The notes beneath the pieces are model-generated. The model worked only from the letters and a program-made list of their open reading frames with translations. It searched no databases and was not told the origin of the DNA. The translations under genes and the position numbers were made by a program. This document shows positions 14,201 to 27,473 of a stretch of DNA of 64,000 nucleotides, one piece after another. The stretch spans positions 52,144,001 to 52,208,000 of the forward strand of contig NC_087437.1 in the NCBI RefSeq assembly GCF_036321535.1, given 5' to 3'. The DNA comes from Camelus dromedarius (lineage: Eukaryota). Positions within the stretch are counted from its first letter, which is position 1. Each line of letters begins with the position of its first letter.

Positions 14201-14810
14201 AGTTGGTCTTGATTCCAAAAGGCCCTGGGCTAAAACTTACTGGAATCCTGTAGCTGTAGAGAGAGTACAGATTTGGGGAGTTCCCAGCAGTCCTGCCACT
14301 ACCTGAGTCTGGGGGTTCCAAGGCACTTCAGAAGCGTGCTCATTACCTTTCCCTACCGGCTCTTCCTTGCTTGTGCCTGCCTCTGGGTGGCATCCTGTCA
14401 TCCAGTCCCCCAGAGCAGTAGCCTGCCGGTACCCTGGGCTCCTCCTCTCCACACAGTGGGGGTTCCTACTCAATAGGCACCTTCTCTACATCTCCTGGCC
14501 ATTTCCCTTTCCAACTCACAAAGGCCACTGCAGGTCTTCTGTCACTTCTCCAGGCTGTTGCTTGGGTACCATCCCTAAATCCAAGTCGTGTTACCCCCTT
14601 GCTTAAAACACTTTCCTGGCTTTCCATACTTGAAAGTAAGAGTCCAGACTCTACCCTCTCCTCCACACCCTAGTCACCCCTAAGTTCTAGCTGGGCCAGA
14701 TTTGTCCCTGAGCTCTTCCTGAACCGTCTTGAACTCTGCCACCCTATTTAGGGCCCCCTCCCAGACTCTGCCCCACCAGCCTCGGTCGATGCATGTCCCC
14801 TCCTTTGCAG

Positions 14811-14960
14811 CTGGCTCTCCTTACAGAACTCTCCCAGAATCGCAGCAGTGACAGCTGCAGGCCATTTGGTGGCTCCCAGAGTGGCTCTGCCTTCAACAGC
14901 ATCTTCCAGAAGGAGAACTTCCAGCTGCAGCTCATTCCCCCGCCCGTGACGGAGGACTGA
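14811..14960 (+). CDS. VPS8: VPS8 last coding exon, 49 aa + TGA: LALLTELSQNRSSDSCRPFGGSQSGSAFNSIFQKENFQLQLIPPPVTED*
   Basis: Acceptor cccctcctttgcag|; open frame to TGA at 14958-14960; ends with the recalled VPS8 C-terminus LQLIPPPVTED; adjacent to C3orf70 as recalled for human. Confidence 0.93.
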   Translation: MALLTELSQNRSSDSCRPFGGSQSGSAFNSIFQKENFQLQLIPPPVTED

Positions 14961-15410
14961 AGCCTCTGGGGAGGAGGGAGACTCGCGTCTCTTCCTGGTG
15001 CTGCTGTAGCATCAGCACCAGACTAGTTGATTCTGTTTTGCTCATTAAGCAGATGACTGTCACATACCTCCATCCAGTCATTTAAGAAAATTCGTTTTGC
15101 CTGTTGGGCCTTTTTCCTGTTTCCCCTGAAGCATAGAGAAGCAGCACAGCTCCCGCAGCTGCCATTCCAAGTCTGTCACACCCCATCCCTTCCAGCTTGT
15201 GGACGACACAGAGAGAGGGAGGGACGTGACCTCCTGCTGTGCTGGGACAAGGACTGGGTCAGCTCGGCACAGCACAACGGAAACCTGCACTGGGGGGGGA
15301 GCGAGGAGCCTGCGGGGCTGGCGTACCGCCTTGTCCACGTGTTTATGTTACAACCTGCTTAAGTGTAAGGCCTGCCATTTCTAACAATAAACGCCTCCTG
15401 TTGGAGTCCT
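14961..15410 (+). other. VPS8: VPS8 3'UTR (end approximate)
   Basis: Runs from the stop codon to about 20 nt after AATAAA at 15386. Confidence 0.7.
15386..15391 (+). terminator. VPS8 polyadenylation signal AATAAA
   Basis: First AATAAA after the stop codon, with upstream TGTA motifs. Confidence 0.75.
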
Positions 15411-15964
15411 GCAGGCCTGCTGGCTGTCTCACTCTCCGTCTATCAAGTCGTAAAGGATGTTTAGAACCCTTGTTGCCCTAGTTCAGTTCTAGTAGCTCAG
15501 TCAAGGCCCCTGACTGTGGCAGCCCTGCCTGTCTTCAAATGAGCAACTGCATCATAGGCCCATCTGTCTCGGTGCTCCTCTGATAGCGACTAGGCTGCTA
15601 GAGCAGTATTTTTATGCTTCTTGGCCCAGGGCCCTTGGATGTCATGGAACCAATAACCGCAGGAGGTCGCACCACACACGCAGGATGAGGCGTCCGCCTC
15701 ACGGGCGCAGGTGCTCCATTTGCACTTCACTCGGGACGGGCTCCCAGGAACTGGCTGTGAGGCCCAAGCCACTGAGCATGCAGGGCGGGCCCACCCGTGT
15801 CCCGGCCAGGAGCCCATGGTGCTCCTAACGGCCCAATAACTAGTGAGCACCTTCTGGGCACCAGGCAGCATGCTGGGTCCTTTCCATGTTCATCATTTCC
15901 AATACTCCAGAACAATCCCCAGGGGACAGATGCAGAAACTAGATACAACTTTTAATAGAAAATA

Positions 15965-16130
15965 GAACCTGCTTCTGCCACATCCTAGCTGTGATCCTCA
16001 GCAAGTCACAACCTCTCTTGGCTTCAGTTTCTTTATAAAGTAAGGCCATGGTGATGACTAAATGAGAGCGCCTGTGAAAACAGAGCTCTGCGCAGGCACG
16101 CAGCAAACGCGCCAGAAACGTTAGCTTAAC
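15965..16130 (+). mobile_element. MIR SINE
   Basis: ctagctgtgatcctcagcaagtcacaacctctcttggcttcagtttc is a MIR core. Confidence 0.7.
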
Positions 16131-18094
16131 GCTTACACAGAACTACTCCCAAGGCGGCAGCGCGAGGAGGCCACGCTAGGGGAAGTGACCACCGACTGGA
16201 TACCCACTGCAGCCACATGACAGAGTCAACCCTGTCCTACAGACAAGAAAGCCGAGACTCAGACGTGGGCAATAACTGAACCAAGACGCACACTTGAGAA
16301 GTGGCAGAGCACAGATCTGAACTCAGAGCTGATTCCAAAGCCAGTGATGCCACCTCCCAAAATTCTGTATCAGAAGGTTTCTTGATGAGCCTAAAATTAA
16401 GACCAAAGGGGCTTGATATTCTCAAAGCAAATTTGAGACTGCCCTTCTTCAGTCTCTAAAGAGCCAAGGCAGTTGACTGAGTATCGGAGCCCCGTTCAAA
16501 CCAGGACCCGTGACACCACCAAAGCGCTCTCCTCCAGCCCCTTTCCTAGTTTATCATCCCCAATAGTCTTTAACTTGTCATTCAAGGCACAGCACCACTG
16601 ACTAAGTGACAGCATCTTTAGATCCAGGTCATGCCTTCTGCATTGGATTTGAAGAGCCCTCTCGTCTCATCTGAGGGTAGATGAGAAACTGACACAAGGG
16701 CTGGGCAATGCTGGGCCCAGTCCCTGGCCCTCATGGCACTTACATGCTCTATTCAGCAGCAATATGGGTCCCACTTCAAAGCAGTTCCTTGGGGGCAGAG
16801 ACTATCTGGAAATCTATCCAGGCTCGGGCAGCAGCAGCAGTGGTTCTGCTGACATGCCCATGGGAGCTCACTGAGGGGCTGGGGCTCCCTGTATCCAGGA
16901 GCAGCAGCTCTGAGCACCCGCACCAGCCCCAGCACCGAGCTCCAGCTGCTCTTCCAGGCCACATGCCCACCACTGGACTAGGACAGGTGGTAAAAGGAAG
17001 GATCTGGGGAGCGAGGTTCTAGGCACCCACCAGCTACCATGTGAGGAGGGCAGGTACCTGGTCTGAGCCGCCATCTTCCATGCTGGCCCCTGGGGGGAAG
17101 GAGAGATGAGCTTCTGAAAGGAAATCAGGGTCCTAAGAGGAGAGGCGAGGGACTCTGGCCAAAACACAGCTGTGTCCATCACAGCCTGTTTCTCCTTTGT
17201 ACGTGGTAAACAGTAAGTATTTGAATGGACCATCTGAAAATGGTCACTCGACTCACAGCTTGAGCTACTGCCCCGCCCTCCTGCCATGGGGGGCGAGGTG
17301 GGGAAATGGTCTCACCCAGTTCCCCATGAGAGGCAGAATGGACCTTGGAAAGAAACCTGGGCTGCCAGTCAGGAGCCCCGGGTTCTAGGCAAAGCCCCCC
17401 ATGGCTCAGGTGTGAGCAGAGGAAGGCTGCAACTCTTCTGAAAAATAAAGACGCATCTGCTCTGTCTGAAGCAAAGGTCCCGGTGACGTGCAAGAGATGC
17501 TTTATAAAGGCAACACATTACCAACCAGAGCCTGGTGAGTGGGGAGGGAAGGTGTTTGTGGAAGAGGGAAGCCAACAGGGGCCTCATCAATGATGAATGT
17601 GGCTGCAAATAAATAATTCAGTGCTTTGGGGATCCTTTTAGAAGCAGTATGTTTCCACTCAGCTCTGCCTGCTGAAAATGTTTTTCCAAAGGTGCATGTC
17701 CAGAATCAGACACCTGTGACATGCCCAGAGCTGCAGGAAAGGCCTGGTGTGTTGCCCTCCGGGTAGCCCAGGGCAGACTCCAGGCCTGGGCAGTCTGACC
17801 ACCACTGGGCTCCAGGGGGCGGCCCCGGTTCTCCGAGGGCTCATCCTAGCGAACCCTCCTCTCCGGGGCCTCTGTGGCCATCTCCTGGCCACCAGCCTCC
17901 TCCACAGCCCAGCAATCTACCAAGCCTTCCCCACTTCTCCATGAAGGTGGCAGCTGGACTCACCTTGTTTCCATGCTTGCGTTTTCCTGTCTGCCTCCAT
18001 CACTCCTGAAGGAAGGATTGTGTTTGGGCCACGCCTTGTCCTCCATAGCACAGTGCTGAAAGCTGGGTACCTGCCACTGTCTTTTCTTTTAAGT

Positions 18095-18590
18095 CTCTTT
18101 TTAAAGTAAACCTTTTATGGGCAGAAATGTTCACAAACCACGTGTGAAAAGCTAGATTACTTCATGGAGTGAACACACTGGTACAACCAGCACCCAGATC
18201 AAGTAAACAGGAACGACCAACACCCCAGATGTCCCCTGAATTTTCTGTTCATCACTCCCACCCCGCAAGATAACCACCACCCTGACTTCTAACATCACCT
18301 GCTTTGAACTTCATTTTTAAAAAGGTACATTATTCTTTTGGAAGTAGCTTCTTTCATTCCAGTTACATCTGTAAGATTTGTCTATGTTACTCATTCTCGC
18401 TGCTGAATAGTCTTCCGTTGTATGAATATACCATAACTTATCCATTCTGTTGCTAAAGGGCGTTTGGTTTGTTTCTAGTGGTGGCCCATTACCATTTTTC
18501 TTCCTGTTTTTTGGTGGCCATATGTACACATTTCTGTTGGGTATAAACTTAGGAATGACTTTGCAGGGTAGGAGGGTAGGTGCTAACACC
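18095..18590 (-). mobile_element. Old L1 3' fragment
   Basis: cagcacccagatcaag...ccattctgttgctaaagggcgtttggtttgtttctagt resembles an antisense L1M 3' end. Confidence 0.7.
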
Positions 18591-21259
18591 TCTTTGAATA
18601 CATGCCTCCTGTGTAAGTGACTGAACATCCACAGCTTCGGAGGCGGTGGGATAGGTAATACGCACACGCCACCCCCTGCAGTCCCTTCCCAAGCCTGGTC
18701 TTGGTGAACAGGCCCCGGCTTCAGCCTCCTGCCCCAGCCAGGGCCGGCTGGCTCAGGAGCCAGTGGGGATGGGCCTTGGCTTCACTCCTCAGTAACTGAG
18801 TGAGGCCAGTAGCCCCCATTCCTACCTGACATCTGTTCCCTCAGAACTCCGCACTACGTACATCTCAAAGGTTAGTATTTGGTCCTGATAGTCTTAAAGG
18901 ACCATGTCCCAGCCCCTAGCAAACTGGAGGACCTCATGGTTTGCCCTGCCTGGCCTCTCCTCTCTCTCTCCTGAAGAGTGATTTGGCCCATCATCCTTCA
19001 AAGCTCCCACAGCCCACCTCCACCTGAGATGGTGATTTTTGGTCAACTCCCTCCCTTTGTCCTCCCCATCACTGACCTTTCCGTCAGTCTGTTACTGCCT
19101 TTCTGAGTGGCTGTATCAGACATAACATGGGGCCAAAGTGATTTCCTGTTTGATTCAGGAAACACATTGCAGCTCCAGGAATCCACTGCCTCTCTGTGAT
19201 TCTTGGATATGTTGGCGTAAGAATAAATCCTCTAGGGAAGAACTGATCCCTTTTGGAGCCCCCAAAATCTGCAAGGACCACAATGAATTCTTGGACTCCC
19301 TGATCTTATGCTGACCTAGTGACCTGTCCAGAAGCACCCACTCTGGGCCCATTGACCCAGGACCTTGGGTTCCTCTAGAAACCCAAATCCCTGGTGTCTT
19401 CCACTACTCAGTGCAGCTTCGAAATCATGCTAGAGTTACCCCTTGTTATTTTAGATTCCCAGGAAAAACAGGCTCTGTGGATTCCTGTGTAAATCCAAGC
19501 CCACCCTTGGGAAGCCCACCCTCCAGACAGTGCGGAACCGCAGCCGACTGCGTGGCCGCTTAGAGCTTGTGCATACGCTGTGGTGGCTCTTCCAGGTCCT
19601 TCTGCTGGTACACGGGTGCACCAACATCTGCTTGGTGAATTTTGGCATCACAGTTCACACAGGCAGATTCTAAACATTGGGGCAGAGCCCAGCCCTTTGT
19701 CTAGTACATGGGGCCCTAGTTCAGGGCTGGGTCATCAGGCAGGGTCTACACAGTGCCCTGGAGTAGGCTGGCCCTGGGAGGCAAGCCTAAGGGGGTGATG
19801 ACCAGTGCTTACCACAAGGAGCAGTTGGTACCTGAACCGGGCTGGGAGGGGGAGGAAGCAGAAGCGGCTAATACCAAAAGCGCTAACCGTGGAGGCCAAT
19901 TCCCGAGAGAAGTGTTAGATCCTGGGCCACCCCTGAGCCTGAGGCAGCATCTGGGTCTCGTCTGGGTCTCAGGCCAGAGCCAGTTCGAGGTCCAGCCAGG
20001 AGAGGCAGAAAGTCAGAGCAACTTGGCAACAAGGGCAGCACCAGGCGATGCCTGGAGGGCTGGGCTGTGGCTCCTGGATGCCCCCTAATCCCTGCCAAGA
20101 AGAAGGGCTGGTGGTGTGGGCGGGGCTGGGAGGGCCTCCGGGCCTCAGGTCGGGGCGGAGAGGTGAGTGTGGGGGAGCAGTGGAACCAGGCTTAAGCAGG
20201 GCAGGTGTGACTGCTGGGCCTCAACAACAAGGGGTAACACCGGCTGGATTTGGAATCAACAGAAGTTTGGAGCTCTGGCCCTGTCACTTACTTGCCGCGT
20301 ACGAGTGACTCACCTGCCTCTATCGTTGACTTAGCTGCCGGATGCTTCAGCCAAAAACTCACAAAATTATCCTGTCCCGCCTGTCACACAGAGTTGCTGA
20401 GTTTGGCAGACAAGCTGACATCCAGGAAAATGTGTGTAAGTCCCCTTCAGCATCTGCGGGGCTTCATGGGCCCACGATGGGGCGTTTCCTGTCGTTACCT
20501 TGCAGTGGCGCTCCAGACCTCCTTCTCGGGATAAGCCAACTGGGATTTTACACTAGGTGACAGGATAGGTGTCACAGAGGACGAAGATGTCCCACTAGAG
20601 CCCAAGCTTTCTGATCTCCCATCTCTAAATTCATACAGTTTCGGGCTGGGGACTGAGGACAGTAAGAAACAAATCCCCTCCTCTTCTCCAACCCACTGGC
20701 CCAAGAACCTTCCAGCGATGGATGAAGGCCTGGAATGAGGTCACCGCCTGGGGAGGCCGGGTGGATCCAGGACACACAGTCCTCAGTCCAGCCTTCAGTC
20801 CCTGCCACCGCAGGAGGGGGTGGGGGGTGGGGGTGCATTGCTGCCCAGACTCACCGGCTCCCCACTTCCTCCCACAAACCTGCGAAGTCAGGCTCCACCG
20901 TGCTCACTGTCCTAGGACTCACGATCTTCAAAACAGCTTACTGGGTGTGTTTCTGATGATAAAAGTAACATCAATTCATTTTAGGAAACCAGGAAAATTT
21001 GAAAAAGCAAATAGAAAAACACCATTAATATTTGACAAATTTACTTTACCTTGTTTTTCACTTGTATTTTCACCAAATTCCCTCATCTGCCTGGTTCCTG
21101 AAGAATTCCATCTGACTTCTAATTGCCCCTCCTTGAACCCCACCTCGGGGAGCCTGAGTCCCGAGGTCCTGTCTTACCCCTTCATTCAGCAGAGTACTGG
21201 GGTGGGACACCAAGGGTTAAAAGCATTACCAGCTCCCAGTGATTGAACTGTAATGAGGA

Positions 21260-24200
21260 AGAGATGCTAAATTAAAGTTTATTGCAGAATAAAAGTGTGT
21301 GTAGTCAGCATCTGTAAGATGAGACAATGAGATGCTCTCTAAAACTTGGCAATACAATTTTGTAGAGTTAAGTAAGTATAATGCACACAGAGTTGAAGAG
21401 ATTAGCTGTCTGCAGAAGTGACTTTAAAAGACAACTTATCTCTTGTGAAGGCAGAAAGAGCTAGCCTAGAATCACGATTAAACATGGAAAAAGCAATGGC
21501 CTAATCAAAGCACTGAGATAGTTGCAGAAAGACGGGGGGTGTGTGTGCACACTTGTGTGTACACGTGTGTGTGCTGGGGGAGGTCCATGTGGAGCACAGA
21601 ACTGGGGGAGGGAGGGAGGAAGCCAGACGATGTCTGGATGAGGAAGGTGTCAGCTGGGTTGCAGACAGGAAGGAAGCACCCTCTATTCTCCCCTGGCTCA
21701 GCCTCCAGGGACCTGAGAGTGAGAAGGGGCTACAGGAAGAGGCAACGCAGGCAAAGGGCCAAGAGGGTGAGCTCCACGGCCAAGGTGACTGCGTTCAAAC
21801 CCACCTCCCGCTTAACTGCAAGTTGGGCCACTTTGGGGAAAATATTTCTTTTTTTTTTCCTAAATACTTTGTTAAGAACGCCCTTTAACCAAAAATAGTG
21901 GCTTTCCTTCAAAAATGTCTACCTCGTGAGGCCTCTTCCTGACTTGCGAAATGGGGCTGCAGGCAAGGCTGCTCATAGAAGGTGGGAAGGTGGCTGCTGA
22001 GCGGTCATTCTTAATATTAACAATTAGTGAATCTATTAACAATAAGTGAATTTACTCAGCACTCAGCAGTGAGGTCATTTAATAAAAGCCAACCCCAGAA
22101 GCTGTTCTTTCCTCGGTGTCAATAAAAAAAATCAAGCTCCTGGATCCGCCAAGCTGAGGCCTGGCCCCTGAGCCTTGCTGACCAAGCGGCCGCACCCCTG
22201 TCTCTGCAGGGCAGGGGTCCCCCTGGATCCTGACCTGCCCTGAGAACTGTCTTATACAAAATGGTATGAACCGAATACACAGCTTGTAGCTTCGTGGAAA
22301 TAAAGTGTTTGTGGGGAATGTAAGTCTTATGTGCATAAACCTAATGCAGCTATCAGAAAAGTTCTTACTATAAAGGGCTCTAGGAGTTAATCCTGAGTGG
22401 TGGCCATGAGTGTGTATTATGGATACCAATAATAATCTGCACTGTTTTTGTAAAGTTCAAGTGGAATAATGATGTGAACAGCTTACTTCCTTGCACAAAG
22501 TAGCACTAGATATGTTTCACATTTTGCAAATGGGGTTTTTGTTTTTGTTTTGTTTAGCTCACAGTGTTGTTATTTAAATCAGACAGAACCTCTCCGAAGA
22601 GGGGTGGGGAGGGAGGATACTCCAAACTCCAAAATATCAGACTTGTCCTGGTACAAAAGAAAAAAAATCACATTTATTTTACAAGGCAGTGTGTTCTAAA
22701 GTATTATACAGAGAAGAAAGTTGAACTGTTTGTAGGAAAACAATGCAATTTTAGGAAATTACAGAAGGATCAACATTGTGCTTAAAACTTTAAAACAGAT
22801 AGGTTTTTAAAATAGACCAGTAAGTGAATGTTACAAGGTAGGAACAGCCTTAAAAGTACATATGAGCACAGTGATATGGAAGCTCAACATTAAAACCTCT
22901 AGTGATGATTTGCCTTCGAACTTGTTCAGACCACTGAGAGCACTGCTTCATTCTTAACAAGAAAAAGAACTCAAAGCACTGATAGAAACGCGGCCCTTCC
23001 CCCATACAGTCAACTCTGTTATCAATAATAATGAAAGGAAGCGGTGACATGAAATTTTTTGAAGGTAAATAATTCCAACATTAATTCTGAGACACGCCCC
23101 AGCACTTAGGTTTGGAAGTGAGAAGTACTGACATCCCGGGATGTACAGCGCAGATACAGTGAGTGGAACTCCCACGGCCCTCCTAACCGGGAAGAGATAC
23201 AGACACACTGCAGAAAAGCCCCCAAATTCAGCTGGCTTCCTTAACTCTCACACTTCCTCTGGACAGGGGAGTAGTAAAGAAAAACCCAAGAAAACTTTGT
23301 TTTCCTCATTTAAAAAGCCAAAACATGTCAATAAAATTTTACAAACAAGATGGACTAATCAAGAGTTGACTAAATATTATTTTAACTTGTGCTTTTTCTC
23401 CCTTGCCTAGAAGTTATTTATACCAGCAAACATATCTGGGTATTTTGACAGCTTTCTAAATTATCTGGTTGCATCCTATTCCCCCAAGTAGAGAATTTTA
23501 TGTAAAAGGAGTTTAGATCAGTCCCAAAAGAACTATGATGTTTCAGTTAGGCCAGGAAGGAGAGGTTAAGAAATGATCCACCACTCCCAAGATAAAATCA
23601 AATCCTAGATCAAATGCAAAAAGTACTTCAGGAAAAAAAAATCATGGTTTTATTCTGTTTGGGAGATTTTATTTTTTGTTTCCTCTTGCCTGTATTATCT
23701 TGAATTACATGTCTTCCTCTTCCAGGAAAGAGAATTTTTCTCCAGGTTTTTCCTCAAATTTGCATTTCAAATCTTGAAAATACCTGGATTTGATTATAAA
23801 GCTTTAATTGTTAATGTACCAAATAGTTACAACCACAAAAGCATTTTAATTGCTTTGTCATTTCTCAGATAAGTCACGAATATATATGAAACTTGAAAAT
23901 TCTAAAAGAAATCTTCGCTAGATAAGAAAGCTAAATTTCACACAGCACTTATTTTGTATCTTCCACCTAACAGCTTTTACACCAACTTTCAAAAAGTGGG
24001 AATGGTGCCAGTTTTCAACAAAAGCCTGAGAAAGCAGTTTTTCCATCCACACAGCCCAACTCTTTGCCCAAGTCAACGTGTAGCTACAAGGTCCAAATTA
24101 TACAGCTTTCATATCTCTCAATGTGTAAGTGTTAATCAAAAGCCTATTTAACATGACCGTGTTTGGTGTCTATAATACACACTGCAGTCTAAACATTCTC

Positions 24201-26916
24201 TAAAGTGCCTATAAATATGCTTATACAAATGAGCAATATAATATCAGGATTACAGAGAAATTCTTCCATATAATATAGAACAGAACAGGTCTAGAATTTG
24301 AGTTGAAACTACATATTTTTATATCCTTATCAGTTGCTTTTGGGATGCAAGCATAAAGAAACAACTCTGGTTCAATCATATGATTTTCAGAGAATTATTA
24401 ATATTGACAGTGCTAGGACAAAAAAGATTCTTGCTTGTGCTTATTTAGAAAAGGCTATTTTGAGATCCAGGAGCATCTGATATTTAGAATCCAATGGAAC
24501 ATCTCCAATTCTATAAAACAGATAGTAGTAAGTGAAGCTCAGTGAGTTTTTAATTATAAAGAGATTGTGCAAATATTTAAAGTGATTATCAACCATTGTT
24601 AGATCCAAAAATTCCATTAAAATCGTGGCTACTCTGAATGGCAGTTCAGGAGTTTAAAAAACAGGAACCTAGGCAAAAGTCATAGACATTACCGATAAAG
24701 GGCCCGACCCTCATACGCCAGCCCAGGAAACGTGGCCCTGTGCCCGGGGATTCCCGTGGCTGTGGAGACCCGGTGTGTGACCCCAATTAGATCAATGGGC
24801 AGAGGAGAGAACTAAACGGAACAGTGTCGAGAAAGAAGACCCCCGCACCCCCATGCTCCCACCCAGGGGATGCCACGAGCTCACCCGGGCTGGGTGGAGA
24901 CAGGACTCGGGCATTGCTGTGGTTCACAGGCCGCCTGCAGCTGTCCGCTCAATCCCGGCGGGGGTGCCGAGAGTCTCGGGCAGGGCTCTGCAGCATCTGT
25001 CCCTAAACTCCTCTCCCAACATAAGCCTCTGTCACCCCCTCCTGGCCCCCGCTGTTCCTGGAGCTCCGCTCACCACCTTCTGGTTGGACGTGTTGAGGCT
25101 TTACACTTCAGGAAGCAGGAACTTTACACTGGCTGCATTCTCATCTGCAAAGAAAGTGGTAACTAACACTGTTTTGAAAGGAATATGCACACTCTGCTTT
25201 CTAAAGCCTATGGATGTTTGGGGCACCTAAACCTAACAGAATGTTCTGGCCAATCACTTGAACTACACATACAACCAGGAAAGCATGTTCTGCCCAGAGT
25301 GACTGACTTGTGAAGGATGCCAAACGGGGGCTTCAGGGAAGGACACAACAGGCCTCTTCTTATTTCTTAAAATACAAATGAACACGCCGTAGAAGGCATG
25401 TGTCCGATGCAGACGGAGCACAAGGCGCTGCCAGGAGAGCGCACTCGGAGAGGCACCTACCTCCTTACCTCCGACTTAGACAGTTCTGCTTTCATCTGGC
25501 CAACTTTTAAACTTCCTGGGTTCTTAACTATGCCTCAAGGACAGTCCACTTGGAGAAACAGCAGATAACCGACTCACAGGAACAACTATTATAAACGGAG
25601 ATTAGGAGCAGGATTCTGAAGAAAGCTAAATAAGAAAGAATCATTCACTATTTTATGTGTGTCGGAAAGGAGAACATATACAACAGACCGTGAATATTAC
25701 TGCAGTAAAGTGAATGAATATTACACAAAATATTTTCTCCTGACTTAGCAGCAAACTATTTCAACTGCTTCTGCATCTGCATAAAAATCCATGCATCATA
25801 CTGAATTCTAATCCATTTCTCACCTAAGCCATTCTAATGCTTCATACAACCAAATGAAGCAGAATTAATCAAACCTATTAGATTCATTCCTAATCCCTAA
25901 AGGACTTGTCTTTAGCATTTCCATGCTAACTAAAACTATTACCGATTTTTTTTTCGTAAGACATTGGATGTGGCTGCCTCCTAAATATAAAACCTATATA
26001 ACTTCCTAAAAGTTTTCTCCAGACTTGAAGAACAATTTTAAAAAGCAGGGAAATGAAGAAGCCACCTGAAAGGCCAGCTCAAATGCTACACCACCTCCCT
26101 CAGCTAGCCCAAGCTGAGTACATCTGCTCCTCCTCTGGGTTCCCAGAGCATGTGTTACCTCTCCTACTGGACTGTGGCCCCTTCATGCTGGGAGCCAGGT
26201 CTTACTCAGTCTGTATCCCCACAGTACCCTGAGGAGTGTAGGCATTCAGCTAAAGCTGGATTGAGTGTGAAATTGAAGACGTCATCTCTTCTGAAGTGAG
26301 GTCTAGCTCAGCCCCAGATCATGGAGGGCTGTGCAGACACTGGCGGAAACGAGGGGCTGAGCTGGCCTCAGCAGCTTCCTAGAAAGAAGCCTGGGCAATG
26401 TGGCCCAGCCTCGGGGCCGGTGGTGGGGAGACAGGGAAAGGGACAGAATGGCATCTCCAGGTGCACACCTTGAGGGGTCATATGAGCTGATCCCCATACA
26501 GGACTAGCAGGGCAGGAATGCCTGTCAGTTTGCCAAAAGGAATGCCAAAGTTGTTCTGCCAAGACCTGGCTATCTAGAACACGGCATGTCCTTCACTCTG
26601 GGCAGCTGCTCAACTTGACCCACGAGACTCTGATCATTGCTTTGCTGCTTTCAAAGTTCCCAGTGAGATTAAGGCTGGGTCACAATTCATGACACCAGAT
26701 GCTACATACAAAGTAAGTCAAGATACAAAGAAAACCATTTATAAGAAAAAAGGTCTTAGTTATAATAAGACTAATTTAAAAGTGAAGCTAAATCAGCAGA
26801 CCACTGAACTGCTATGAGACAGGCAGAAAACACCAACTGCACTGGGAAAAGGATCCACCAGACAAAAGTACAAAAGCTCAGCATGGATCAGAGGACCTGG
26901 CTGCCCACCTGGACCC
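21260..26916 (-). other. C3orf70: C3orf70 long 3'UTR (about 5.6 kb, distal end inferred)
   Basis: Repeat-poor, largely AT-rich sequence downstream of the stop; candidate PAS at 22673-22678 and 21278-21283. Confidence 0.6.
21278..21283 (-). terminator. Probable distal C3orf70 polyadenylation signal (AATAAA on - strand)
   Basis: TTTATT on +, near the point where AT-rich UTR-like sequence gives way to GC-rich intergenic DNA. Confidence 0.55.
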
Positions 26917-27473
26917 TCACACAGTGGTTTCTATTGTTTCAATCACTTCCAGATCAGACTGCGAGGGGGAGAGAAGGGTGCACTCGTCCGGTTCCCAGCT
27001 GCTCTCTGGACTGTAATCTTCCTCTGAACTCAGTTCTGCTCCCTCTTCCGTGTCCTCATCACACGATTCCACATAGTGAGCCCCAACTGCATTGATCCCA
27101 GAGTCCTCAGAACTTGAGGGAGAAGAGCAGTGATCTATTTTTGGTGTATTGCTCTCTTTTGAAATTAAGGCATCGTGTGCAGAGACCTCCTCAGGGCTCA
27201 TTTTGTGGGAATGTGGCGCCGGCTGCTTCTGCACATAACACATCTTCCCATTGATACATTTAACCTGATAGTTGTCAATAAAGAGGTCTGAGATCATACA
27301 GTACCTTGGTGAATCAGGCGGGAGAGGAGGCTGGAAGACAGATGCAAATTTCAAAAAGTGTTCAGTGAGGGAGACTGAGATCTGAATAGTGTTTGTGGGT
27401 TCCCGGGGCTTCGCAGGAATCTCAGTGCTTGGAAGCTGTTCCACAGGGGTCATCGGCTGATACACATACTTGC
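26917..27473 (-). CDS. C3orf70: C3orf70 (UPF0524) terminal coding exon: 2 nt of a split codon + 184 aa (KYVYQPMTPVEQLP...IETIETTV) + TGA
   Basis: Acceptor tttttgtgttccccacag| on - strand (AG at 27475-27474); intact frame; peptide recognised as C3orf70. Exon 1 is not in the window. Confidence 0.93.

Noticed and set aside
27088..27108. DSGINA as a beta-TrCP degron in C3orf70
   Set aside because: Lacks the second Ser/Thr of DSGxxS
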